From NCBI GenBank assembly GCA_964187785.1, contig OZ076419.1, forward strand, positions 36,146,001-36,210,000: a stretch of 64,000 nt of DNA, in the 5' to 3' direction. The notes beneath the pieces are model-generated. The model was given only the letters and a program-made list of their open reading frames with translations, searched no databases and was not told where the DNA came from. The stretch comes from Amphiscolops sp. MND2022 (taxonomy: Eukaryota). This document shows positions 1-12,999 of the stretch, in pieces; the first letter of the stretch is position 1; each line of letters begins with the position of its first letter. The position numbers were made by a program, and so were the translations under genes.

Positions 1-1299
1 TTCATCGCGATAATGAATCGGAGTCGTAGGGCATTGGATGTACATTGGGCATTGTGTTCTGGGGTTAATTTCACTTTAAAATATTCATTCTTACCAAGGT
101 CAAGTCGGTCTCTCGCAAAAATGTGATGGTAATGAAGAAGAAGATCTTCGACAATGCCTTTTTGTTTTTTGTTACACACAGACTTTTCCCATGGGAACTG
201 TTCTAAAAACTTCCTGCTGTCTTCAACATTTATGATCCAATCAAGGTTCTCTTTAGCTTTCAATTTACAAATTTCATCATAATTCCCTTTTCAAGTCCTG
301 AGAAAGTCTAGGGGTTGAAACAATTCTCTGGTGTGGGGAACCAACGTTCGTTAGTTGAAGGTTTGACTTTGATATCAGAATCTTGGATTAGGGCGTTGAT
401 ATTTTGAATAAAGTACTTGGCAAAAGTTGAGGGTTAATGGGTCGAAGAGATTCATCTTGTTTTGGTTGGAGTTACAATCGTTATTCGTGCAATGATTTTT
501 TTCGGGTTGGCGATTTCGTGAGGTAAGACGTTTGAAACAGCAAATGAAATGTCTTTACTTGCTTTAAGTTTCAGAATAACACCCGTGACGCAAAGACCTG
601 TTTGATTCTCAAACTTCGACTGAGGTTTGATATTCCCAATTGTGTCGTATGGATAAGAAAAATTCGGTGAAGTACAAGGAACTATTTCGTTTGTGTTAGA
701 GGTGATGGAAATTGATATTGAGTTTCGCAAAAAATGATTTTTTTTTCGGAGTGACAACACTTATTTTGCCATTGTTATGAAAACGTTCTTTGAGTTGCAG
801 AGTCAGAGTTGGCAGTAGAGGGGTGCGGCTCTTGGGATGAATAGAACTTTTTTTCGAAAAAGTGCAAACCTAAGATGGTTTGATTCATTGTTTTGAGCAA
901 AAGATAAGTGTCTGGGAACTTTTCGTTGGCATTAGTGAAGTGGCTTGAAATGTTCCAAATGTAGGGACCAGTGAGCCATTAGCAACTTTAATGGTAGTAT
1001 GTTCTGGGTTAGATTTAGAGATACATTGTGGGTTTTCGTTTGTAAACGGTGGAAAATAGACAAGGGAATAGCACTGCAAAGGGCACCTGTGTCGATTAAG
1101 GTTTAAATAGGAAAGTAAAAGTTTATAGGGATAGTAAAAAGTGAAGTTCGATACTTTTGTGAAAGCACATTGATAGAAACAGAAGGATTAAGTGAATCTG
1201 AAGAAATACGATGGGTCGATATTGTGCGACTTACCTAGTTCTTTTTTCATGTTTGCATCGTAGTATGGTGACCACGGTTGTGTGACTGGGTTATACGGC

Positions 1300-2397
1300 G
1301 GAATCATCGGGTTTGTCATCTGAGGCGGTGGTTGTGTGCAAACAGCAATAGTGTGGCCAAACTTAATGCAGTAAGTGCATTATTTCTTCGATGATTGGGC
1401 GTTGTCTCATTTTTGGTTGATCTGTCAACGATGTTGCCAATTGTTTTCCCGTTGGTGTTATAGTTGTTATTGCTATTTTTGTTTTGTCAGCCATTGTTGT
1501 TGTTGTTGTTGTAGTTCTCCATGTAGTTCTGATTGTTGTAGTTTCGGTGGTTGTTCTTGTATTTCTGCTGAATGTTTTGGCGATTTTCTTTCTGATTTCG
1601 GCGGTTATTCCTGCTGATTGTTCTGCTGAGTGTTTTGCTCGGTGATGAGGTTCAACGACACTTGCAAATTTTTGTTAAGTTGTCGCAGTTCATCCGAAAG
1701 TTTGTTGGTCTTTTGTTTAAGGGTACGTTGTGCAAGTGGAAGAGCTTGCATACCTGTCGAAAGTTCTTTAGTTTTGAGGGAGGTTGGGCTGATCTCATTA
1801 AATGCGGAATCGTGGTCCTCAGGGTAGAGAAGATTTCACGATCATGCGACTTGCAGCTTTCGCACAAAGATCATCAATTGTGGTCTCCTCTGGTAATGTC
1901 GTCAGAAAGCTGCGTGGTTTGATAGGGATTCCTTGAATGAAGGATTCACAAACACGCCGTTCACGCTCATGTGCGCGATTTTCGGCTACAACTGCAGGTC
2001 TTCTTCCTGTAGCAGCTCGTGCGGCGACGTCGCGAAATGTTTCCAACACCAAACGTTGTAGGTCGGTGAGGAAATCCTGGGCGCTCTCTCTCGAGTGTTT
2101 GAGTTTTCTTGCGCTGAAACAAGTTTCTGTAGTTGGATTCGCTGGTCGTTCTGATAGCGTTCTCTTAAAGCAGCTACTCCATCATCGTATGCGTTTCTAA
2201 CAGTAGCATCTTAATTGATCCAAGACGGTCAGAGCAACTCCTTTTAGATGTAGGTGAAGATAGCGGTGTCGGGCGGCATCAGCATTTCCTGCAATGGCTA
2301 TACAGCTTTCAAATTGACGAATGAATTCCTTTAGGGTCTCGTTTTCAGTAACCTTGAAGGGTTTTAGATTTACAAATGGTTGGATGGCCGCCATCAC
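1300..2397 (-). pseudogene. gag: Gag (retrotransposon gag domain, Q/T/N-rich linker, CCHC zinc knuckle), fragmented
   Basis: ORF fragments 2197-2397, 1819-2052 and 1652-1867; C-X2-C-X4-H-X4-C motif at 1338-1379. Confidence 0.75.
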
Positions 2398-2650
2398 TCA
2401 AAGTAGGAGTTTGTTTGAGTAATCACTTTTTTCAACACTTCCACTGCAGCCACTTATTCAATTGAAGCAACTCCAAAAAATGCTTCGAAACCTTCTCGAG
2501 CAAAAACACAAGGTATTTGTACCACTCCTGGCGTGACACAGTTTTTTCTCAACTTTCACCCATCTCCTCTTAGAATAGAATACCACTATACACTTGTTTC
2601 CCAGATACCTTTCTCTCAACATTGGTAGTTTCTCACCAGAGGTCACTTAA

Positions 2651-3102
2651 TGAACTGATTTTGGTTCTTTTCAATTTTCAACTCCTCTAACTCCTAAGAG
2701 AGTTGTTGACTACCTTCTTATACCTACACATACTTGTATTTTCATATCATGGCTTGTGGTTCTGGCTGAGCGGTGAATTTTTACAACTTTTTTTGTTTTT
2801 TCTAAGGTGCTAGAGTTCTTCTCCTTTAAGGCTCTCTTAGAAAGTGTGAGAAAAGGTTGATAAAATTTCTTAGCGAAGATAAAGTTTAAGAAATTGTGTG
2901 CGAAAAGAATTATAGTTATAAAGTCAGAGATCTTTATCAGGAGTTTGCGATTGATTGCAGCAGAACGACAGTCTGCACTCTATATTAGTTCTCTGAGTTG
3001 TGTTATCATATGCTTCTTCAGGGGCTCACACATCATCGTCGCTCTGATTGGCTAGGTCTTCTGATTAGTCGATTGGTCCACGTCTGCTTCCTGAACACTT
3101 CA
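2651..3102 (-). repeat. Putative 5' LTR of the left-edge Gypsy element
   Basis: Begins TGAA and ends TTCA (inverted termini) and lies just upstream of gag; two CCAAT boxes on the minus strand. The partner LTR is outside the window and the PBS is degenerate, so boundaries are inferred. Confidence 0.5.
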
Positions 3103-3146
3103 ACGAAATTTTGAGATAATGGACATGAATTATAACATGACATATA

Positions 3147-4540
3147 TACATGGTGTTGTAATAAATATGGAAAACCTAAAATGTTAATTACAAGACATTG
3201 GATCGAATCACAAGGCCAGTTTTTAGCATATGGCTAACAGAGAGGTTTGGAAATTTGTTTTCGGTTAGTTTAAAATGTGCTGGAATTGTCCATCTTAGCT
3301 TGTTGGCGGAAATCCAATCTTCTGTTAGTCGACTGAATACCGCTCAGAATGTCTTCTTTTTCTAACCGGGACAGAATCTCTAAATGACATCCATAAGCTG
3401 GTCCAGGCTTCGTGGCGACTCTCGCTCCACAAAGCTCAACCCATAGCTCCAAGAAGAAGTAGTCTAGAGGGTTCAGGTTCGGACTTTGTGGGGCCAGAAC
3501 ACGGGTCATTTCAAGGTAATTACTCTTCTGTCAAATCTCCCCATGAGCTACTCAATACCTTTTTTGGTTGTGTGACACGCAGCCATATTCTGCATGAACC
3601 AAATATGCCCCAATTTACGCCTTTTGGAGAGATTTCGCCACAGTTTTGTCTGCAGCATGTCCAGGTAAACATATTTGTTCATATTGGTAAACCGTCCATT
3701 TTGATCAATACCCCAAATGGGCCAATAAACCATCAACCAAGTTGCCACACCAAGAAATCACCTTCTGTTCCCCAGTGAAACGGCTCTCTTCATATCTCGA
3801 CGGTTTGACCAGCCCACTTCTGTCCAATGCTCTCATGGTGCAGAACCCTTCGTTTATCGTCCGAAAAAAAGACATTTACACAAAATTGTGGTCCACATTC
3901 TCTGAACCAATAGCTACAGATCAGCTGGAAGTCATTGTTTTGCAGCTCGATCATGTGGATCTTCATCGCTTTGTATGCTTTGAATTTTTCACTTTTCCGC
4001 AAAACTTTCCAGATAATAAAATAACTAAAGTTCAGAGTTTTTGAAGCCTTTCTGTCTGATATGTGTGGATTTGTCACAAAATACTGTACGAATGTGTCCA
4101 CGGTTTCATTACAGGTGGGTTTTGTTTGGTCTCCCGGGTAATCTAATCGGCAATAGGTATATCAGAAACGTTTGCAAAATTTGCAAGAAACCTTTAGGTT
4201 GATAATGGGTTGAAAGCCGAACTTCAATTCCGTATTTTGTACAAAAAATACGTTCGACAGCTGTCGGAGATTCTACTCTGCAATATTGAAGTATGATGAA
4301 TCGAATTGGTTCGTTGGAGAACGCTGTTTCAACTCTCTTTGTGATTTGCAAGTGTGCAGTTTTGAAAGATGTTAAAAACCGGAAGTTGTGAACGATTGAA
4401 AAATTATTCGCAGTTTGCAAAAACGCAGCTTTAGATTTGTTAATGATGCTGATATTGCCCTAAAGTTTCGCATCAATTTGATGTTTGGTTTATGAGATAT
4501 CGTTGATTTACTTTTTCCCTGATTTTAAAAACACCCTGTA
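3147..4540 (-). mobile_element. Degenerate Tc1/mariner-superfamily DNA transposon (~1.4 kb)
   Basis: Imperfect TIRs TACATGGTGTT (3147) and TACAGGGTGTT (reverse complement ending 4540) with TA ends. Fragmented transposase: HTH-like region, VFFSDD, WFMQNMAACH, PQSPNLNPLDYF. Confidence 0.85.
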
Positions 4541-5229
4541 CCTCGTCCTCAACAAGACCCTCATTTTATCATCGCCACTCTTTAACAAAACCTGAATACT
4601 TTTCGTTCGAAAACTGAAATCAACTGAAATTAGAAATCATTCAAGATTTCATAGTCTTCGTTCACTTCCTTTTCCACGTAACTGAAGAGTTAGTTTCAAG
4701 TCACCACCGCATTTGTTTATCACAAAAAACTTGACAATGCATTCGAAACTTACCAAACATTTGAAATGTTTGATACACATAGAAAAAACTAAACCCACGG
4801 TTGGAGAAATTTTGTATGTAATCACCGTTAGTCAAATAGCACGCTGAATATGACGCTACTTTAAAACTCTTAATATGAACGAAGTTTATTCGCATTGAAA
4901 ACGCGTCGAAATTATTGAGGTCACAGCTGCTTTCAAAATTAGAATTGCTTCCTAATGAAACCTGCAAAACTTCGTGTCTCAGAATTGCTGCCAAGTTTAG
5001 GATGCAGATTTTAGGCAGCTTGATAGAATTAAATTGAACCAGTGAGGTCCTATTGCATAGAAGTCTCCTGGAGAAATTTTCAAAATCAAAAAATATAACT
5101 TGGGGTAACCTATAAAAACTTGTAAAAAGTTCAAGCAGTTTCAACCAGAGGAAACATGCGGTTCAATTTCACACCTTCACGCTATGCCCCTCACACGCTA
5201 ACTCGACAAAAAAGTGACTTTTTTCTCAA

Positions 5230-5379
5230 TAAACCCTGCATACATAATATATTCTAACAAGACGCCTGCTAAACACCGGGATGTTTTCCGCCTTGTCAAA
5301 AAAATCAGACGGAGGCGAGATTCGAACCCACTACCTACTGATTGATAGGCGGTTGCACTACCAACTGAGCTATGGTATC
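5230..5379 (-). mobile_element. tRNA-derived SINE (tRNA-like head plus conserved body)
   Basis: A box TAGCTCAGTTGGTAG and B box GGTTCGAATC on the minus strand; the acceptor stem does not pair. The body AAGGCGGAAAACATCCCGGTGTTTAGCAGGCGTCTTGT recurs at ~22356-22393. Confidence 0.65.
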
Positions 5380-6056
5380 TCAAACAGCACCTAGAGTTAC
5401 ATAAATAGTTGAGTATTTTAGTTACTTCAAGTAACTAAAATAATCAGGTATTTATGTAACTGTATTCATGTATTTAGTGAATGGAGATCGTGCAGATTTG
5501 GCGGAAGTTGAAGAAACGCAACACAGATTAGGATTTTCCTCCCCATTATATGTGGACAGAAATTAATAGACCTCATCTATGGGATCCGTCGGTCTATTAC
5601 TAAAATTGGTTTCAACCACTTAATTTGCTTCAATTCAGCCTATCAGGTGTTTAAATTTGTGCGCAAGCTCCTTCCCATTCAAAAAAGACTAGTGTTTTTG
5701 CTGATGTATACGTCAATGCACATTGGAACTTTTTGTCACTGACTCAGATAGTGATCCAGACAAGGTAAATCTACCTAAAATCAACTCCTTATGAAGATTA
5801 GGGCCCACTTTATGCACTTTCATTTTCATCATTAGCGGATGATCCCACCAGTTGAATCCCACCTCCATCTCATATCTCATCTTAGTCATTGCAACGCGTT
5901 TTGCCATACTAAACGATCTAAACTTTTTCATTCAACCCCGGCTAATCCATTCCTAAAATCGAACTCTATTCGCAAAACTTAGCGCCACTCCTCTTGACGA
6001 TCATCCTTGAGCCAGTTACATATCTTTTAAATAGGCAAAACGTTTTCTCAGCATTA

Positions 6057-6341
6057 CAGTGCCAAAAAGGGGTTAGCTGAAACCGAAATCCACTGACGTA
6101 ATACTAAACATGTGTATCACTGATTTTCAATGGATTCCGCTGTAGCCTGTTTTGGATTCCACTAACATATCTAGCTAAAGTACAAAAAGGTACTGCAGTG
6201 AAATTCACTGCGAAGAAATTGCGAAAAAGTGGAATAGACCGCAACGTAACAGCATTTGTTAGTGGATTACACAGCACGCTTTCAAAACTGCCGTCCAGCG
6301 AAATCCACTGCAAAAATTTAAAATACCCATTTTTGGCACTG
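6057..6341. mobile_element. Tc1/mariner-type MITE (285 bp)
   Basis: TIRs CAGTGCCAAAAA(G/T)GGG at both ends, flanked by TA on each side; no coding capacity. Confidence 0.75.
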
Positions 6342-7055
6342 TAATAAGATATACAGTCTATATTGCCATACGCTCTTCGATCATAGTCTGAAAACTAACC
6401 AAAATTCTTGGCAAATACATGATTGAGAACACAAGTCATTACATGTAAATCATTGTACATGTCATTTAGTTACCTTCAAGCATCAATTACCTTCATCTTT
6501 CACCATTTCGCTATTTTGTTTAAATATACGTGTATACACGACAGGACTAGCCAGTCGTCAGTGCAATAATTCAACAATTGCTTGTCCACTAATCATGATG
6601 CTCACCATTTCATTTCATTTGTATTCACATGCAACTATGACTGGATCAATCGGTCGTCCATATCATTTACCAAAAACCATGGTGTTCAAGTTTTCATTCA
6701 ATAACCTTGATATTCGATTTTGTACTTACTCATTTAGTGATCCATCTAATTTCAACAAACAATCATCTATATCTTTACCGATGATTTCAGTCATGATGTT
6801 TATCCTTGAAAGCAATATGAGTAAAACGTCGCCATGATGACCAAAACGTGCAGTCGCGCCCTTCAATCCGTAGTGGTAAATTCAAAATTGGGTGCTGCGA
6901 AGACCGAGAAGTGCAGTCATAGCTTGCACACCATCGCAATAATTGTGTTAGTTGGTTGCTACGACAACCGGAACATACAGTCGTTCGTTTCACCCAGATT
7001 TAAAGATGGTGCTATTTATCCTCTTTTAGTACGCGCAATATTATTGGCAGGTTTT

Positions 7056-7554
7056 TGTAAGTGATAAGACGACGCTGTGATCAGTAGAGCGTCGATTCTA
7101 GTAAGACCACATTACAACTTTGTTACCACGACTGATAGTTACCATCGTACATTGTAATCTTACGTTGAAATTTAGCCTTAAACATTACCTTCTAACCAAT
7201 CTCATATCAACAAATCTCCATAATCTTATCGTTTTATTCATATGGTAGTAACTAGATCGCAAAGCAATAGAAACAATTTGACTGAAACCGAAATCATGAG
7301 CGCCTGTGAAAGTGATCATAACATCCCCGAAGTGCTTTCGAGAGATCAAATGATTGAATTAGATAATTGAGATTTCTTAAATCATGAGAGAGACTACGAC
7401 CGAAACAAGATAGAACAAAGGTTCTCAGATATGAATAGACAGATTGGCGAGGTGCCAATAATTGATTTATCGTTAACTGAAAAAATTTTCCCTGACATCA
7501 GAGAAAAGAATGGAAAAAACGTACTGTCTACTGAATCCAACAGCCGTTCCGACA
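7056..7554 (+). repeat. LTR-like remnant containing a decayed ORF start (MVVTRSQSNR...)
   Basis: Starts TGTAAG and could end ...TCCGACA; ORF from ATG 7242 has an in-frame stop. No TSD found, so the LTR identity is inference. Confidence 0.3.
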
Positions 7555-7729
7555 CTCGCTACACTCGAAAAAGATATTTCCAGTCTTGCTTGGGCTAATA
7601 ACGTCTCTCCCGAGAAACAAAGGGTTCGTTCTAATCCTGAAAGAGTTCCTCTTCTTGCTTTTTTTCTCGACACCACTGATGCAATGTTTGTATAAACACG
7701 TTATTGTCCCATTTATGATTTGGGATAGA

Positions 7730-9300
7730 ATCATTGAAACATCTCCGTCTCATTGTTAAAGTCTCTACAGACACTGACCCGTTCATATTATTCATCCACT
7801 TTGTTGACACCTACCGCTTCTTACAAAGTCTATTAGAAGTCCTTAATCCCGACATTCACTATTTAACCATCTTCACAGTCTATGGTAATGAGTACTTCAA
7901 AGACCTTTCTCTACTTGGAAAAACCCTTCTTTACTCTAAAGATTTAAGCAAATCTCTTCTATATCTAAAACTACCTCAAAACAGTTCGTAAACTTTTCAT
8001 TTTTTCTGCCATTTCTTCACTGCACTTCCCTCTTCGACTCTTTTTTTTCTCATCTTCTTCATCTTCAACTCTTCATCACAAATAATACCTGTTCGAAGCC
8101 GTGACCCCTGAACACCCAGGACTCACGTAACTCTTGGCTTCCATATTGACATTTACTTACCCAACGCTGTTTCCTTTGTGTCAACTGGCTCCTTCAGACA
8201 CCTAAGCGCATCTACACTGGTCCAGCTTTATTGCTGCCTCCAGTAGTTCACATCAGACCATAACTGCGACAATTGCCACCCGTCCCGCGATTGACGAAAA
8301 AGCTAGTCCATGTCAAATCACGGGCGCGACGACGATACACTTTTCCCAGGTATCTACACACCACAGCTAAACCATTTCAACTTATTCACACGTACCAAGA
8401 AACTCAAACCAAGATCTTTAACTATGCGCTTCAACGATATGAATTGTATTTGGAAACGTTGCTGAACTCAACTTCCGATGTAAACGCTTCAGTCCATACT
8501 ACAAATTTGCAAAAATAGACCCAAGCCCTTTTCTAACACCCGTTCTGATTGATGTCGAAACGCTTTGAAACTTCTTCAAAAATTGTTTGCACCCATATAA
8601 ATCTGTTTGTCAGCCGAAACTTGATAAATATCAACCGCCATTCGTACACTAAAATACCTTCAAACAGACCCTTCTAATCTCATTTCGGTAGTAAAAATTG
8701 CTTCTAAATACGTTGTTCATTTGTTCCGGAATTCCGCGTTTTACTTTGCCAATTTTCCAATTTTCAAATACTTGCCAGTTTGACATATTTTTGAACAACA
8801 ATGACTCTCACATTCTTTGTCGTCTCAGAATTTCAATGAAACGAGCGTTGTCTTTAAAGTAAAAACTTAGCTGACAAGAAGGCTAAGAACCTAATAATCA
8901 AGTCTCAACAAGCCAATCAATTTTATTGTTTCCTCATGTGAAGTGTCATTAAAAAGCCACGAAGCAAAGAACCCCCACACACTGGAAGTTATATAATTCG
9001 ACCTTAATTGACCTCTAGAAATTAAACTGATCTATCTTCAACTCTGGAAGTCTCTTTCATCAGAAATAACAGTATTTCAAGATAATATTCATCCTTGAAC
9101 TTCACTAAAAAAGTAGAAAGGTCAAAGTAGACCAAACTTCTGACAGTGATACAACTTTAGTTCATACTCCTTCTACTAATATCTTGCAACCTAAATTCCA
9201 CAAAAACAATACACCTAACCTCTCATTTCAAAATCGATCCATAAAAATTTACCATTTTCTCAAGTTCTCTACGTATACAACGTGACCCACAACACAATTC
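7730..9300 (+). pseudogene. Decayed retroelement accessory-ORF remnant, possibly related to ORF 44054-45178
   Basis: Same C/T-rich coding-strand composition; weak similarity (FNYALQRYELYLETLL vs FNNYMNKLIEFNEILDILL); many stops. Confidence 0.25.
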
Positions 9301-9490
9301 CCAAAGGATGTTTACTATTGTATTTGTTTTCAAAAGCTGTCTGACGATTGTAGTTTTTAAATAGATTATATATGAGGTAATTATTTGTGTGCTGTAGAAC
9401 CTAATCAGATTTAGATGTCTCTTTACTTAAGATTTTAATTTGTATTCCATACGGATGGATGATATACTTTCCTGATTTCAAGTTGTTTTC

Positions 9491-10247
9491 CCCAGCGATC
9501 GAAGACACGCTACGCTTGCCAAGATCATGGTTAATTTTGCTAAATCATAGTTAACCATAGTATCCTTGTCAAGATCATGGCTAATCATGATAAATGGAGC
9601 GCTTGTCAAGATCATGGCAGCATCATGGCAAGATCATGGCAAGATCATGGCCAGATAACCATGGTAAGACATGTGAGCTGTATAATTGTATAATTTATTC
9701 TTTACATAAAAATTTCTTGTCGTCTCCAGTTTTTGAATAAAACGTTGTGATAACTTCAGACATAACCTTTATTTATCGAGAAAACGTGTTTTTAAACTGA
9801 AAAGTATACAACACTTCTCAAAAATTTGCTGCACCTATTGACCGAGTTTTGTTACGTGAGAGCACGGCATCGTTACTACTATCATGAATTATCATACAAA
9901 GTAATCTCCGAATCAAGTAATTGCAACTTGCGGGTTAGCGATATGGGTGTGAATTTTGATGTGACGTGTTGAAATCACTGAGAATGCAATTGAAACCGGT
10001 GAAATAAAAATAAATAGAATTGGAAAATAAAAGTTACCAAAAACCGAATTTGCTACCATGGAACCCTTGTCAAGAACTTGGCATCCTTGTCAAGATCATG
10101 GTGAGACATGATACGCTTGGCACACACGATCTTGCATAATCATGGTATCCTTGGCAAAATTTGGTAAGATCATGGTAAGATCTTAGCAAGGTTAGCTAGC
10201 GATTTACCATGATTCTTAGCAAGCGTACAATGTCTTCGATCGCTGGG
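9491..10247. mobile_element. Non-autonomous TIR element (MITE; CMC/EnSpm-like architecture)
   Basis: ~41-bp imperfect TIRs beginning CCCAGCGATCGAAGACA, with many subterminal CAAGATCATGG repeats at both ends. No clean TSD. Confidence 0.75.
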
Positions 10248-11442
10248 TTGTGGCCAACTTTACATTGCCGCTGTTTTTAAAAATTGGTAGTGAAATTGAT
10301 GTGACTGGAGGATACCAGTCTTTGACCACCAATTAGGAATTTTTTCAACACTACGATGTTGTTCGGTATTTGATTTTTCCAGAAGATGTTCGTTTTGAAT
10401 TAAAGTTTGAATCGCACGAGGTACAATAATATGTTGTGTTTATAAAGTTTTACGTTGGTGGAGTTCTTTAAAGAAAGCAAGAAAAACGCTTTGTTTTTAA
10501 ATTTGTATATAAATGTTTGTGAGCAATGTACGTTTTTCAAATGTAACACAGGACACTGACAGATACTCCAGTGTTTGTCAAAATTTAACGGAACGAAAAT
10601 AACCAATAATTACTATAACGTATTCTAAGTTTCCAGCAATTACTAAAACTACTCCAGCAAACCATGTTCCCAAAAATTTACAACCACAGCACTTTACCAA
10701 CACATCTACCAACCCAGACGGTCGCCTCATGCCTAATTACATCCGCCAAATCGAAGTCAACATGGCAAACCAGTTGAAAAACCACTTCTGGAAAGTTCAA
10801 GTGAAATGTATAAATTATCGTGTATAACCAATACCGAACATTCCTCAGACACCAAAAATACCGTGATTGGGACAAGCTTTCCTTCTAAAAAAGTTTGAGT
10901 AATGTAGAGTTTCAACTAACTGAGTCTTGGTCGTTGTATATTGTATTATTGGGTATTTGGTCTTGTAGTCGTTTTACAGGTAACAAACGTTAAATAACGG
11001 ATGAAGTACGCACTGAAAAAATGGTAAGTACTTCAAGAGCTACTAACAGAGCGATAGTATAAAGTCTATCAAACATCAACCTTAGTTCAAGAGATTATTT
11101 TATATGTCTGCAGTTTTTTCAAGTTGAATTGGTAAGTTTGGAGACGTTTTTCACATCCGATTGGTTAAACAGCACCTAATTTTTATATGTAATACGTCTA
11201 GATAAATAGAGGTTAATAGTTGAGGTTAATATCAAACTCGTATCAAGATCCCTAAACGGAGAATTTTAAAATTTAAAAAATAGACACCTTTTTGGAACGG
11301 CAATCAATAGAGATGCTTGTAACACGGTCAGAGCGGACATTTGAAGTAAATGTTTTCAATTTATATTATGTTCTAAGTGTTGAAAGATGAAACTCGTCTA
11401 ATGGTAATACACGTCAGGCCGAAGCTACACGTTTTATTTTAG

Positions 11443-11726
11443 GTGACTTCACTTTCAGTCCTTCCGATGAAGAAGAAAGAATGGAAAAATATCAAGTCTT
11501 GTACTACTTTTACTACCCAAACTTTGACCTATCATGGTTTTTCGTTTACTCCGTGGGGTATGACTATGCAGTGCTCGCTCTAATGAACAAAATTGTTTTC
11601 GATACTTACAGAAGTTCAATACCGGTGTGCACTGGTGAACAGGGGCGCTCAAATCCCCACAACTACACAGTGATGATAGTTGGCTTGGGTAAAATTGAAG
11701 AAGGAAAAAACCCGGATTTGTATAGG
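11443..11726 (+). CDS. Exon of trypsin-like (S1A) serine protease gene A, catalytic-Asp region
   Basis: Acceptor ttttattttAG and donor GTAAGT; phase 1 to phase 0. Translation (G)DFTFSPSDEEERMEKYQVLYYFYYPNFDLSWFFVYSVGYDYAVLALMNKIVFDTYRSSIPVC...IVGLGKIEEGKNPDLYR matches the HPxY / DIALL / PIC / GWG motifs. Confidence 0.75.
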
Positions 11727-12568
11727 GTAAGTGATTTCGAAATTTGTATTTTACCTTTATTTTCTAGAAGATCAATGAGAAAAAGCGTTCAAAATGCATG
11801 AGTTGATAGGATGGGTACTTTGTCAAGGTTATAGTAAAAATTGTTCCATTCACCTCGACTTTATCATGTTCGAACAAGATAAGTTCAGCACAAGATTGCA
11901 CGATTTTGGTATGCTGCGTGATATGATGTCAATACCTTAGAATGATTTTAGCGAGTGTAACTAAAGAGATACCTTGATCATCAAGCGTTGCAAGTCGCAT
12001 CTCTTTATCGCCGTGGAATTTAAATTACTCGTGACCCTTGAAATGAAGAACCCGGATTTCACTCCCATACAAAAACTGGTTGATCATACTCTGAGCCATA
12101 AACGTTTATGATTCCAGGCTCACCATACTCAGGACCATATGTTGTCCAGAGTATGGTCATCCTGGAACGATAAACGTTTATGATCTAAAGTATGGTCAGC
12201 CTGGAAACACGAATAGAAAATTAGGATATCGTAGTCAATTGACACATTCACTGATGAAATTACTGACATTCCTCAACCGAAGTGCCAATACAATCAAATC
12301 ACTTAACTGAAAACCTTTCGCAATCATCAAAGTTTGGCAAATTTTTGCTGAAATATTGGTAATTATTTTCGAAAGAATCAAAACTAACACTGATAAGTTG
12401 GTTCTGCTGTAACCAAAGTGTTAGTTATCACAAAAGGCGTGGCAAATTGGCGTGAGAACAAATTGAGTGACAATAGTTTGTTTTTAGCTCCGCTAAGAGT
12501 TTAACTGAGATCTAACCTGCAATGCATTGTTCGCAGATATAAAAGGTCGAATATGGCTCTATTGTCGT

Positions 12569-12781
12569 TGTTGTATCTCTAACTGTTACTAGGAAAAGAA
12601 CACAGTTTTCTAAAAGTATCTCTTTACTGTACTCCAGCGTACGCTATGTATCAAGTAACATAAATGAATGTTTCAGTATATATCTACTGTTTGTAAACAT
12701 TAAGCAGGTATGTGTACAACCGGAGTTCGGTAAAGGTCAGTTTATCAGTTTCTTGATGATTGACGGAAGAACCGTCTAACA
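12569..12781 (-). repeat. 3' LTR (213 bp)
   Basis: Direct repeat of 17586-17797, preceded on the minus strand by the PPT. Confidence 0.95.
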
Positions 12782-12800
12782 TTCCCCCTTCTCTCTCTGA
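12782..12800 (-). other. Polypurine tract
   Basis: AGAGAGAGAAGGGGGAA directly before the TG of the 3' LTR. Confidence 0.85.
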
Positions 12801-12999
12801 GGTTCTTTAGGGGCTCGAGGATGTGGTGGGTAGTGTCATATTGTTTGACAAGAGGTCTTGCGGCTTTTGCACGTCTCCCGGTATTAGCTGTGGTGTGCCT
12901 TTTGTTCGGTTCCAAACTTGACCGGTAACATACAAAGTTTTTTCATACCCAGAAATTTATTTTGTAATATATGCTACCGTATCTATTCGGTCTATTGGT

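Larger units (their letters stand above)
1..3102 (-). mobile_element. Ty3/Gypsy LTR retrotransposon, 5' part (LTR-gag-PR-start of RT), degenerate, runs off the left edge
   Basis: Minus strand, in order: gag-like N-terminus (2197-2397, FIRQFESCIAIAG), CCHC knuckle CTYCIKFGHTIAVC (1338-1379), protease LIDTGA (~1082-1099), RT N-terminal ...PIHYRDE at the window start. Stops and frameshifts throughout. Confidence 0.85.

Noticed and set aside
4701-5144. 147-aa ORF with a faint LRR-like look
   Set aside because: TTG start, no convincing repeat periodicity, no splice or homology support.
5308-5379. Functional tRNA gene (anticodon ATC)
   Set aside because: The acceptor and anticodon stems pair poorly and the downstream body is repeated elsewhere; better explained as a SINE head.
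5650-5764. Possible missing His exon of protease gene A (VYVNAHWNF...IQT)
   Set aside because: No CGG motif, AHW instead of AHC, an upstream in-frame stop and the wrong splice phase.
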